Positions 9,219-19,500 of a stretch of 64,000 nt of DNA are shown one piece after another. The DNA comes from an uncultured virus (IMG/VR IMGVR_UViG_3300021335_000008) (lineage: Duplodnaviria; Heunggongvirae; Uroviricota; Caudoviricetes; Demerecviridae). Below the pieces are notes generated by a model that searched no databases, had not been told where the DNA came from, and saw only the letters and a program-made list of their open reading frames with translations. The position numbers and the translations under genes were made by a program. How positions within the stretch are numbered: position 1 is the stretch's first letter; each line of letters starts with the position of its first letter. The stretch lies in IMG/VR virus record IMGVR_UViG_3300021335_000008, one strand, 5' to 3'.

Positions 9219-10106
9219 ATGCCAACTTATAACTTTAAGCAACAAGTACAGGTATTTGTAGTTAGCGGAGGAAACAGACACAGAATTAATGTAACAGACG
9301 TATCTTTTAGTCAGACATTTTCTGAAAATAGTTTCCCTGTTAAGACTTTGCATGCGCTTTCAAATGTATTTGAAGGAAGCGTAATTAATAAAGCGAATGT
9401 AGCTAGTTTTTCTTTTACATTTCCAGCATTGGTTGAAGCAGACTACACAATTATTGAAACATTACTACTTGAAGCAACTTCTTTTGATTTGTTCGTTAAA
9501 ACAGAAGCAGACACCTTTAAACTTGAGTCAGCAGTAATTACAAATGGGAGTTTCGTTATCGAGCGATCTCGACCCCTGAGTATTCAAATTCAAGGACAGG
9601 CGATAAAGCTGAGTAGAAATGCAACACTTACAGGAAGTCTTCAATCAAGAAGTTCAACTTCGAACTTCACTCTTCCTATAATTGACATTACGGTAGGAAG
9701 CATCTCTCTCAGTGATGTAGTATCAGTAAGTATGGAGTTACAAAACGAAATAGAGTGGACTCCTTACTCAACAATTAATGCTGCATTATCTGCCACAAAT
9801 GCGTCAAATTCTATGTATCCCACAGGATTTACGCTGTCTAAAAAAATACTGTCAGGGTCTATAACTCAATATTTAACGGATGAAAATGTATCCAATGTTC
9901 AAGATTGGGACACAGATGTTAGTTTAACGATAAAAGCCGGAAATGGATTAACAGCTAGTTCTTTTCGAGGCTTTTCTATGGGCCCTGCGACCTGCAGCTT
10001 TACGAATAGAGTAGGTTCAGGAACAATTTTTACTCAAAGCTATGACTGGAGAATGACACAAAATCCTTCAAGTTTAGCAACAATACTTAAATACGAAACT
10101 GACTGA
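9219..10106 (+). CDS. Baseplate tube / minor tail protein (T5 p140-like)
   Basis: SFSQTF...KTLH motif, paralogy to tail tube, synteny. Confidence 0.8.
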   Translation: MPTYNFKQQVQVFVVSGGNRHRINVTDVSFSQTFSENSFPVKTLHALSNVFEGSVINKANVASFSFTFPALVEADYTIIETLLLEATSFDLFVKTEADTFKLESAVITNGSFVIERSRPLSIQIQGQAIKLSRNATLTGSLQSRSSTSNFTLPIIDITVGSISLSDVVSVSMELQNEIEWTPYSTINAALSATNASNSMYPTGFTLSKKILSGSITQYLTDENVSNVQDWDTDVSLTIKAGNGLTASSFRGFSMGPATCSFTNRVGSGTIFTQSYDWRMTQNPSSLATILKYETD

Positions 10107-10118
10107 GGAGGTCAATAA

Positions 10119-10601
10119 ATGCAACTTAAAAAATTAATGATAGACGTAAAGGAAGTTTGGACAGACTTTCCTGGACTCTCTGGCTTTCAAGTAAAGGTAG
10201 CAAACCTTTCTCGAAAAGAATTAACAAATTTACGAAAGCGCTGCACTAGCCAAAAATTTGATAGAAAAACAAGACAACTTGTAGAAAACTTAGATGAAGA
10301 AAAGTTTATTACAGAGTTTTCAAAAGCAGTAATTAAAGACTGGAAGGGTCTTTCTTTAGAGCACCTAGAAACTCTTTTGTTAATTGATACAGACGGTAAA
10401 GACTTATCTGAAGAGCTTCCGTTTAGCGAAGAAAATGCAGAAATTTTAGTGTCTTCTTCCACAGAGTTTGATACATGGTTAAACGAGGTAGTGTTTGATC
10501 TCGATAACTTTCGTACAACTGGAGAGAGAGGAAGCGATGGAGAGGCTGGAGAGCCTGTACAAAAACGCGGAATCAAAGATGACACAGGATCGGTATCTTG
10601 A
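10119..10601 (+). CDS. Tail assembly chaperone (G-like)
   Basis: LKKLMID.KEVW.DFPGL, IKDWKGL, FDTWLNEVVFDLDNFR; lies between tube and tape measure genes. Confidence 0.8.
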   Translation: MQLKKLMIDVKEVWTDFPGLSGFQVKVANLSRKELTNLRKRCTSQKFDRKTRQLVENLDEEKFITEFSKAVIKDWKGLSLEHLETLLLIDTDGKDLSEELPFSEENAEILVSSSTEFDTWLNEVVFDLDNFRTTGERGSDGEAGEPVQKRGIKDDTGSVS

Positions 10602-10908
10602 ATTATGTGAACAATTAGGAAAAGAACCAAATCCTAAAGAAATACCGCCACATATAACTGATTTACCGGAAGAAATACAACTATCTATAAATATATTTAA
10701 TATGTTAGGAGATAGAGTGCAGTCTGAAATTGGTTACATAGGAAAAGACTATACAAACTTACCAATTTTATTGAAGATGTACGGAATCGAAGACACTGAT
10801 CTAACACTACAAGTGTTAGATTACTTAGATTCAAGAGCAATCCAAAAATCTTCGGAAGCAATGAAGAAGGAGCGCGATAAGTTAAAGAGACAGCATGGCC
10901 GCAAATGA
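10510..10908 (+). CDS. Tail assembly chaperone C-terminal part (GT-like), reached by frameshift or from ATG 10537
   Basis: MTQDRYLELCEQLGKEP..EIP and GKDYT motifs; overlaps the upstream gene in the +1 frame. Confidence 0.7.
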   Translation, partial: FVQLEREEAMERLESLYKNAESKMTQDRYLELCEQLGKEPNPKEIPPHITDLPEEIQLSINIFNMLGDRVQSEIGYIGKDYTNLPILLKMYGIEDTDLTLQVLDYLDSRAIQKSSEAMKKERDKLKRQHGRK

Positions 10909-13900
10909 GATTAGTCTTAAATTTAAAGTAACGTCTGACGGTACTTTAAAGATGATAACCCAAGATACTGAAAAAGCTAAAAAAGCTACAGATGATTTGG
11001 TTAATTCTCGAAATCGCTATAATCGAGGCGAAAAAGGTGTTGCCGGAGCCACAAATAATACTACTCGTGGTTTTTCAAAAATGCGAGACTCCATTACAGG
11101 AAGTGGAGGGCTTGTTGCCGCTTATGCAACACTAGCCGCTAACGTCTTTGCATTGTCAGCAGTCTTTTCTACCCTTAGAAGAGCTGCAGAAGTAGATCAA
11201 CTAAGAAAAGGGTTAGTAGAGTTAGGTACTATTTCCGGACTCGCTATGGAGAGTTTATCTCGAGGCTTAGTCGAAGCAACAGGAAATGCTTTAAGTTTAG
11301 AAGAAGCTATGAGAGCAACTGCTCAAGTTACTTCATCCGGTCTTGATCCATCTACCTTAAACGCATTTGGTAAGGCTGCAAAAAATATATCTATAACCTT
11401 AGGAAGAGATGTATCTGATTCTTTTGATCGTCTTACTCGTGGTGTAACAAAACTTGAGCCCGAACTACTCGATGAATTAGGTTTATTTGTGCGGGTAGAT
11501 GAAGCTACTCAAAAATATGCAACTCAACTAGGAAAAGCATCAGGGGACCTCACCAACTTTGAAAGACGGCAAGCTTTTGCCAACGAAGCTCTTCTTCAAG
11601 CACAGGAAAAGTTTGGAGCAATTGGAGATTCTGTAGATACAAACGCTTATGCAAAATTAGCAGCAGCAGTAAGTGATTTAACAAAAGATTTTGTATCCTT
11701 TATAAATTCAGCGTTAGTGCCGGTTGTAGAACTACTTTCTAGAAACCCTGGAGCATTATTTGCGACTATAGGAATTTTTGGAGGTAAAGTAATAGCAAGT
11801 GCTGTAGCTAACTTCGGAAGTTTTGACGCAGCCGCAGAAAAATCTTCTGAAAAAGCAAAAAAGATTGGAACTAAAGTAGGAGAAATGGGAGAAAAGTTAA
11901 ATACTACTTCCAAAGGAATGAGAAAACTTTCTAAAGCTCTTCAAGACGGCACCGCAGATAATAAAAAGTTTGAAGCAGGATTTAAAAGTATAACTCAGTC
12001 TGTAGATTACTACGATAGAGCTTTGAAAGCAGGAACAGTTACACAAGAAGTTTATAAAGAAAGAATAAGAGCAAATATAATCCTTACGCAACAATATGCA
12101 AAAGCTCAATCAGCTCTTACTTTATCTACTGCTAATTCTACGGCACAAACAGCTTTACTTGCTTTACAGCAAGGAGAGTATGGGGTATTTTTACAAAAAA
12201 CAAAAGAAGCCTTAAATCAAGGACTAAAAGCAGTTAAAGAATCAACAGTTGCTATGGGAGAGAACAGCATAGCAACTGTAATTAATTCAAAAGCTAAGGT
12301 TCTTGGAGCAAAAATTACAGATTTTTACTCAGCTGCTAAAAGTCGTTTAACGGCCGCAGTTACACTTGCAACAACTTCTTTAATGAAATTTGGAATAGTA
12401 AGTAAAACAGTAGACGTTATAAAGAAAGTATCTGCAACAGTAACCACATTTCTTGCAGGAGCTAATGTAGTTCTTGCTACTACTCTTACTCTTGCTGGAG
12501 GAGCGGCGTTATTTTTAGGCAGCGCTCTACTTATAGCATTGCCGCTAATTTCTTTAATTGCATTAGCTGCTACAATGGCGGGAGATGCTTTTAATTGGTT
12601 TATGAGCTTTTTTAGAAGTGATGATGAAAATAAACTAGTAAAAGAGTTAGAAGATGCAGATAGCTTAATGGAGGAACTTACCGCTTCCACCGATCAGGTA
12701 AACAAATTTTTTGAAGAACAAGAAAGCAAATTAACAGGAACTGCAGAAGCTTACGAATCTTTAGGAAATATACTCTCTCAAGTATCTGCAAAATACACTG
12801 AGCTTTCTACTAATCCTGCCTTTAACGATCAAAAACGAGCAAACTTTTTAGGATTAGCTTTACAAGATAATGTTGTGCTTCAAGAAGCCGTAGCAAAAGC
12901 AGCAGGTCTTGAGGCAGGAGAAAGAATAAAAAGCGTAAAAGAGCTGCAAAAAATGGGCATGAGTCAAAAAGACGCAGTAGCCCTTGTATCAGCAGCAGTA
13001 GAAAAAACAAAAAATCTAGCCTTAGCTAATACAGCAGTAACAAAAGCTGTAGAAGAAGGTAGACAAGCTGCAGCTGAGTTTATGAATGAATTAACTCCAA
13101 AAACAAGTTTAGATAATATTACCGGATCTTTCGATGCAATTAATATAGCAGTTGAAAATGCAGTAGAGCAAGCAGAAGGCAACGCTACAGAAATTACAAA
13201 AATACTAAAAGAGAAGCTATCTCCTGAGCAATTAATTCTTATAGGCATAGATCCTAGCTTGGATAGTAAGCTTTCTGATACAGACACAAAAATAAAACAA
13301 ACTTTTAAAAGTTTACAGCAAGCTTATTTAACAAACCCCACCGACCAAAAGGCAATTGATGACATTCAAGACAGCTATGCAAACTTGCTTTCAGTTAGAA
13401 AAAAATTAGTTGCTCAACAGAAAAAACAAAATACAGGACTTGTAGAAGGCGTACGATCTGCTTCAGAACAGCTTAAAGCAGCTCAAAGAGTAGCTAGAGA
13501 AGGCAAGCTCGCGGTAAAAGCTAAACAAACAGAGCTAAAAGTAGAGAAAGCAAGAAGAAAAGAAACTTTTGAATCGTTGGAAGAACAACAAAACATAAGA
13601 GATGAAATACAAGAGACTATAGCAAACAATGCTTTGCAAGAGCAAGGTATTTATACAACTATTTTTAATACTCTGGCAGACACTAAAGAAAATGAAGCAG
13701 TAAGAAGCTTTTTACAAGCAAAAATTACACAACTATCTCAGGACGAAGCTTTAGCAAGAGCAAGTATTCTTACAGAAGCACAAAAAGCAGAAGAGCAAGG
13801 ACAAAGAAACTTAAAAAACGTTCAAGCAAGAATAGCTATTCAAAGACAACTGTTGGAGTTTGATAAAAGAAGTTTAGAGCTTTCAGAAAAAAGAGCAACA

Positions 13901-15868
13901 GCTTTAAACAAACAAGCCAGAGCTTTAGATTTATTAAAAGCTGCAGAGCAAGGCAGGGATTTAACTTCAGAAGAGCAGTTAATATCGAAACAGACTTCTA
14001 CAGCTATTAAGGGTATGAGTTCGGACGCAACTAAAACATTTAAACAAGATGTAATTGATGTAGCAACTATTTTAGAGAGGAGACTAGGAAGTGCTCTTGG
14101 TTTTGACGAAGCCGCCAAAATAGTTCAAAGAGATTTACGACAAAATAATACTTCAGTGCTCGCAGAACAACTTGTAGCAGAAAACAATAAAAGAGACATA
14201 AGAAAAGAGGCCATAAAACTAGAGTATCTTTTACTAGAAGCTCAATATCAACTACTTTCTGCACAAATTAAAACAGCGCTCGAAATGGATAAGATTCAAG
14301 CTGGCACTGCGGAAGACCTTACTACTAGACTAGATGGAGCAATAGCAAAGTTAGGAACACAAAGAGCTGCTGCGCTAGCAAATGTAGATATAGAAACAGA
14401 TGCAAATTTAGTGAATATGTTTGCAGAATCTCGTGCTGCGGATGCTAGAGTAGAGGAAGAACGTCGCATACAAGTACGGGACGCTTTACTTGCTCAAGGT
14501 GACCGTATGATGGGACAAGATCGAGAATTTCAAGGTCTTGCAATTAAAAGAAATGCTTTTGAGCAAGAAAGGCAAGCACTTTTACAAAGAATAAAAGATA
14601 TTAAAGCAGAAGAAGTAGAGGGCGGACCTCCATCCCAAGCTTTAATGGCTGCAGAAGCGGCTTTACAAGAAAATATAAGTCAGCAGTTAGCAATTCGTGC
14701 AGAGCAAATTGAATCTTTGATTGCAAAAGCAAGAGAATTAGGAGTTCCCGGCCTTGAAAGCATAACAGCTCAAACAGCTTCAGAAATTGTTCCAGAAGTT
14801 CCTGGTGCAGAAACAGGACAGCCAGGAGAAAAAACTTCGGCAACCGGAGCAGACCCAGGATTAAGTATGTCCGAAAGAGTAGGAGCTTTCAGAGAAGAAG
14901 CTGCTGCAATGACAACAGTGCTTTCTGAGCTAGGACCAGAAGGGGCTGCGATGCAAACTGCTCTAAATGGAGCAATGACTCTTGCAGATACTTTCGCTAC
15001 TGCTTTTGATAGTATTAAAGGCGGCGGGATGAGTATGCAAGAAGGCTTGCAAGCCGCAGGTGCAGTTGTAAGTGCGCTTGGAGCAATGCAACAAGCTCAA
15101 GCTCAAGCAGCAGTAGCTGGAGTAGATAAGCAAATAGAAGCTGAAAAGAAAAGAGACGGTAAATCAAAAGAGTCTCTTGCAAAAATTGCAGCACTCGAGA
15201 AAAAGAAAGAGAAAATAGAAAGAAAGGCTTTCGAACAAAAGAAGAAGGCTCAAATGGCTTCAGTTATTATTTCTACGGCTTCTGCAATTATGAAGGAATC
15301 AGAAAAAGGATTCCCAGCAGCTTTGCCTGGTATACTAATGTTTACTGCTTTAGGTGCGGCACAATTAGGAATAATTTCGAAGCAAACTTATCAAGGAGGA
15401 GGTTCAGGAGCGCCCTCAGGACCTTCTAAAATATCGGTAGGTAATAGACAAAACACTGTAGATATGGCAAGAGCCAATAGTCCTTCAGGAGAGCTTGCAT
15501 ATGCTCGAGGAGAATCAGGTGTAGGAAGTAATATGACTAACTTTACTCCAACAGGAGCATTCGGAGGAGTGAAGTATAGAGCAAACGGAGGTAACACTGC
15601 GTTTATGGTTGGAGAGCAAGGACCAGAATTATTTGTTCCTGAAACTCCAGGAACTATTTTACCTAATGACGAAACAGTAGCTCCTGCAGGAGTAACAAAT
15701 GTAAACTTTAGTATAAATGCAGTAGATGGACAGTCGGTTGAACAAATGTTACTTACTCAACGCGGAAATATAATTGGAATGATTAGAGAAGCTGCAAATG
15801 GTAGTGGAGAATCTTTTCTTGAAAGCGTAAATGTACTAAGTGATCAGTATCAAACTGTAGAGAGATAA
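10895..15868 (+). CDS. Tape measure protein (T5 pb2-like), 1657 aa
   Basis: GLVAAYATLAANVFAL, RLTRGVTKLEPELLDELG, hydrophobic central segment, long coiled coils, C-terminal MVGEQGPELFVP. Confidence 0.93.
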   Translation: MAANEISLKFKVTSDGTLKMITQDTEKAKKATDDLVNSRNRYNRGEKGVAGATNNTTRGFSKMRDSITGSGGLVAAYATLAANVFALSAVFSTLRRAAEVDQLRKGLVELGTISGLAMESLSRGLVEATGNALSLEEAMRATAQVTSSGLDPSTLNAFGKAAKNISITLGRDVSDSFDRLTRGVTKLEPELLDELGLFVRVDEATQKYATQLGKASGDLTNFERRQAFANEALLQAQEKFGAIGDSVDTNAYAKLAAAVSDLTKDFVSFINSALVPVVELLSRNPGALFATIGIFGGKVIASAVANFGSFDAAAEKSSEKAKKIGTKVGEMGEKLNTTSKGMRKLSKALQDGTADNKKFEAGFKSITQSVDYYDRALKAGTVTQEVYKERIRANIILTQQYAKAQSALTLSTANSTAQTALLALQQGEYGVFLQKTKEALNQGLKAVKESTVAMGENSIATVINSKAKVLGAKITDFYSAAKSRLTAAVTLATTSLMKFGIVSKTVDVIKKVSATVTTFLAGANVVLATTLTLAGGAALFLGSALLIALPLISLIALAATMAGDAFNWFMSFFRSDDENKLVKELEDADSLMEELTASTDQVNKFFEEQESKLTGTAEAYESLGNILSQVSAKYTELSTNPAFNDQKRANFLGLALQDNVVLQEAVAKAAGLEAGERIKSVKELQKMGMSQKDAVALVSAAVEKTKNLALANTAVTKAVEEGRQAAAEFMNELTPKTSLDNITGSFDAINIAVENAVEQAEGNATEITKILKEKLSPEQLILIGIDPSLDSKLSDTDTKIKQTFKSLQQAYLTNPTDQKAIDDIQDSYANLLSVRKKLVAQQKKQNTGLVEGVRSASEQLKAAQRVAREGKLAVKAKQTELKVEKARRKETFESLEEQQNIRDEIQETIANNALQEQGIYTTIFNTLADTKENEAVRSFLQAKITQLSQDEALARASILTEAQKAEEQGQRNLKNVQARIAIQRQLLEFDKRSLELSEKRATALNKQARALDLLKAAEQGRDLTSEEQLISKQTSTAIKGMSSDATKTFKQDVIDVATILERRLGSALGFDEAAKIVQRDLRQNNTSVLAEQLVAENNKRDIRKEAIKLEYLLLEAQYQLLSAQIKTALEMDKIQAGTAEDLTTRLDGAIAKLGTQRAAALANVDIETDANLVNMFAESRAADARVEEERRIQVRDALLAQGDRMMGQDREFQGLAIKRNAFEQERQALLQRIKDIKAEEVEGGPPSQALMAAEAALQENISQQLAIRAEQIESLIAKARELGVPGLESITAQTASEIVPEVPGAETGQPGEKTSATGADPGLSMSERVGAFREEAAAMTTVLSELGPEGAAMQTALNGAMTLADTFATAFDSIKGGGMSMQEGLQAAGAVVSALGAMQQAQAQAAVAGVDKQIEAEKKRDGKSKESLAKIAALEKKKEKIERKAFEQKKKAQMASVIISTASAIMKESEKGFPAALPGILMFTALGAAQLGIISKQTYQGGGSGAPSGPSKISVGNRQNTVDMARANSPSGELAYARGESGVGSNMTNFTPTGAFGGVKYRANGGNTAFMVGEQGPELFVPETPGTILPNDETVAPAGVTNVNFSINAVDGQSVEQMLLTQRGNIIGMIREAANGSGESFLESVNVLSDQYQTVER

Positions 15869-15871
15869 TAA

Positions 15872-16534
15872 ATGGCACAACAAAATATTTTACCAGATCC
15901 TGTAAACAGGCGATCTACAACCGGGGACGATGCTTCAGGAAGTTTCGGTCCAGGCTTTGCCTCTGTAAAACTTTCTTCCACCCAAAAAGTTATGAGAGAT
16001 CGAACTAATTCTGGAAGACTCGTTCAGCGCTCTCATGCCTATCATAATTGGATTGTAGATATTGAATATAATCCGATGACAAAAGAGGAATTTTTACCTG
16101 TATATGCTTTTTTATTAGAGAGACGAACTACTCTTGCTCCCTTTTTTGTAAAACTTCCTCAATATGCAAATCAAAGCCCTTCTACTGCTCAAACGAGCGG
16201 TTCTAATATTGCAGGAACAACAGAAGTACGTGTAGAAGATAATGATGCAAGTAATATAGGAGTAGGAGAACTTTTTACTTTTAACAACCCTAGTGACCAC
16301 AAAAAAGCTTATATGGTTACAAAAATAGATCAATCAAACTCAGGATATGATTTAATTACAATTACTCCTCCTCTTTCAAAAACTGTTCCTGCTGGCGCAA
16401 ATTTAGAGTTTGCAGATTATAGTTCTGTAAAAGCTCCTTTAATAAAGGTAATTCAAGTAGGAGATACTCAAGAATATTCTTTAAACACGAATAATTTATA
16501 TTCATTTAGCTTAAAGCTAGAAGAGGTTCAATAA
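15872..16534 (+). CDS. Distal tail protein (T5 pb9-like)
   Basis: LPDP...GPGFASVKL, RTNSGR, EYNPMT.EEF.PVY.FL; follows tape measure. Confidence 0.85.
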   Translation: MAQQNILPDPVNRRSTTGDDASGSFGPGFASVKLSSTQKVMRDRTNSGRLVQRSHAYHNWIVDIEYNPMTKEEFLPVYAFLLERRTTLAPFFVKLPQYANQSPSTAQTSGSNIAGTTEVRVEDNDASNIGVGELFTFNNPSDHKKAYMVTKIDQSNSGYDLITITPPLSKTVPAGANLEFADYSSVKAPLIKVIQVGDTQEYSLNTNNLYSFSLKLEEVQ

Positions 16535-19500
16535 TGTCGTACCGTGATTTAAATTCTACTTTACAAACTTCATTAATAAATAATGATGTTCATAGGTATT
16601 TACACTTAATAAAGTTTGAAAAACCTTCAACTAAAACAGAGTTAGACTATAAAGAAGGTTCAAAAGTATCACAAAAAGCAAATACGTATGCTTACATGAG
16701 CGATGGAGCTTTCGAAGTAGACTTTAATGATGGAAGTATAGATGTGGATGGAAATGCAAATGGAACTCAAACGTATCTTCCTAATAAAGTTTTATCTGTA
16801 GGAACAGTAAACGAAACAATTGAAGCAAAAGCTTCAACAATGAATCTTTCTTTAGCAGCAAGTGCTTTATCTGCAGCAGTTTCGACGAGCTTCACATTTA
16901 CATCTAGTACTATTACCGCACTTGTTGATTTAGAACAATCAGGATTTTCTGTGGGCGATACCATAGAATTTTCTGCCTCTGGACAAAGCAATGATGGTGT
17001 ATATGTTCGAATCGACGGCTTTAGTAATGATAACAAAACAATTAGTTACACTGTTATTGATGGAAATGTAACAAATCAAAATAGCACTGTATATACTGCT
17101 TCTTATGCTTCTTCGGAAGTAGATTCTTTGACTCTTTCAAAAACGTCAACAAACTACTCGAATTACTTAAACCGAGAAGTTTTTATCTATAGAGCACACT
17201 TAAATCCTACTACTGGTTCTATTATAGGATCTCCTTTTTTAATATTTAAAGGAATTATTACAAACGCAAACTTACAAGATGATCCTACAAAAGGCTCAAA
17301 AATTAACTGGAGTTTGACAAGTCATTGGGGCGACTTTGTACAAGTAGTAGGAAGAATTACTTCAGATCATGCACATAGAGGATTAGATACTTCTGGTGTG
17401 TCTCAAGAAGATGCTGTATTTAGGCCAGAATATGCGGGAGATTTTGGCTTTAGACACGCAGAGCAAGCTGTAAATGTTGCTGCAACTTATCAAGTGCCTG
17501 AAACTCGTTTTAAGCAAAAAAGACGAGGAGGTATTGCAGGATTGTTCGGGGGTAAACGATTAGTTGAATACACCGTTATGGTGGATAGAGACGTTGATCT
17601 TGAATTCAATCTATCAGCCAAATATATTCCTGTAGTTTATGGAGTTCAAAAAGTTTCAGGTATTCCTATCTTTGCAGATGGAGATTCCGGTGACCCTCAA
17701 AAAGTTTACATAGCACAAGCAATTTCAGAAGGCCCCATACACGGGATATTAGATTTACACATTGATAATAACCCTGTAATTTGTATAAATGGCCCCGATA
17801 ATTTAGACAGATCAAGCGGAGATGCACAAGTACAATGTGTAGGAAGAGCAGACAGAGGGGATGTTCTCGCGGGAGGTTCTTCCGTAAATGCTGCTGGTAG
17901 TTTTCATGAGCAAGTTGCTCAGTTAGCTCAAGAGCTGCTAGATAGTAGAGATGCGGATGACTATAACGAAGCTTTAATGATTGCATATCAAATGCTCGCG
18001 TACTCAGAAGTAGACGAAACCGCTACAGGAGGAGCAGGCATAACTGATCGTAAAAAGTTTAATTTAGACTCTCCTTTAAGCACAGAAATACAGTTTCATG
18101 CAGGAACCCCTACTCAAGAAGCTAATTCATTTTTTGTAGCCAAAGGACTCGCGGGAGGTTTTAAACTTCAATCTATTTTATATAGAGATAAGCCTAGGGA
18201 ATATTATTGGAGCCCTGAGCATAGACTTTTAGATACCGCTTATTCTACAATGCAGTTTACAATAGCGGACGGCGAATTTACTATACCGGACTACGAATTT
18301 ATTGTAAAAGGAAGAATACTAGAGTGTTTTAACTATGATTATAGCTATTCTGGCTCTGGTACGGCATCAAATTTTAAGCTAGGAGAAAATGTAACACTAC
18401 ATAAAACAACGGATGACTCTCAACTAGGGTCTACTACTGTACAAATCATTGATAAGTGGAGTTTTTATGGACCAACTGGAACCTTAAAGTATAGGTTTAG
18501 ATTTGATAAAAATTATCAGCTTCAATCAGTTAGAGGGGATAGTAACGGAGATGTAAAAAACTTTTACATGAAAGACGCTTCTAATAATAAGTTTTTCTTT
18601 TCTGCTTATGATGCCGTAATTGAAGATATTAATGAAGATCCTATTGAAAACAACTCGTTTCAAAGTCAAACAAGTATTACAAGTCTTTCTCATCCCAACG
18701 TAGATTTTGGCGCTTTTACTCGTACTATCTGGGTTGTTGAGGAACCAGCGCCTGGGGAATATGAAGCAGAACAAATTGAAGTAACAGATTATAGACTAGA
18801 AAATCTACCTACAGGACTAGCAGAGTTTAATTTAGGGGAGGTTTTAGCTTTTGAGCTTACTGACTCTGAGGGACAAACAGAAATAGTACAAATGGCTTAT
18901 GATAGTTACAGCTCAGGACAAATTACTTTTCCTGAAGTACATGCAAATTCAACAAATTCTACCTTAGCTTTAAGAAATAAATTTAACAGAGCTACAAGCT
19001 GGAAGTTATTTTCCGCTGATACAGTTAAGCTTGATACTAATTCTTCTGCAGTAGATGATACATACAACGGACAAAAATTAATTATTCGAGAAAAAACTTC
19101 TTCCGGAAGCGTAAGACAAACAACTACAAGAGTAATAAACGACTATGTTGGATCTACTAAACTAGCAAAACTTTCACAAGCCTTAACAATAAATCCAGAC
19201 TCTAGTAGCGTTTTTGATTATACAATTGAAGGGGACATTAATATTGATGAAAGTGATATGTTTGCCGCTTTCGAAGATAAAAGAGTTTCTATAAATCCTG
19301 CAATTCAATTATTAGATTATTTAACCAATAAAAGATATGGAAAGGGATTAGATCTTGAAAATGATATAGACTTAGAGTCTTTTTTAACAACTGCTCGTGC
19401 TTGTGACGAACGCTCAAAAATAACAATTATTACAAGTACTAACCCTGGAAGCATACAAGGAAATACTTATCGTTACCCCGCAACAGGAGATTTGTTGTTT

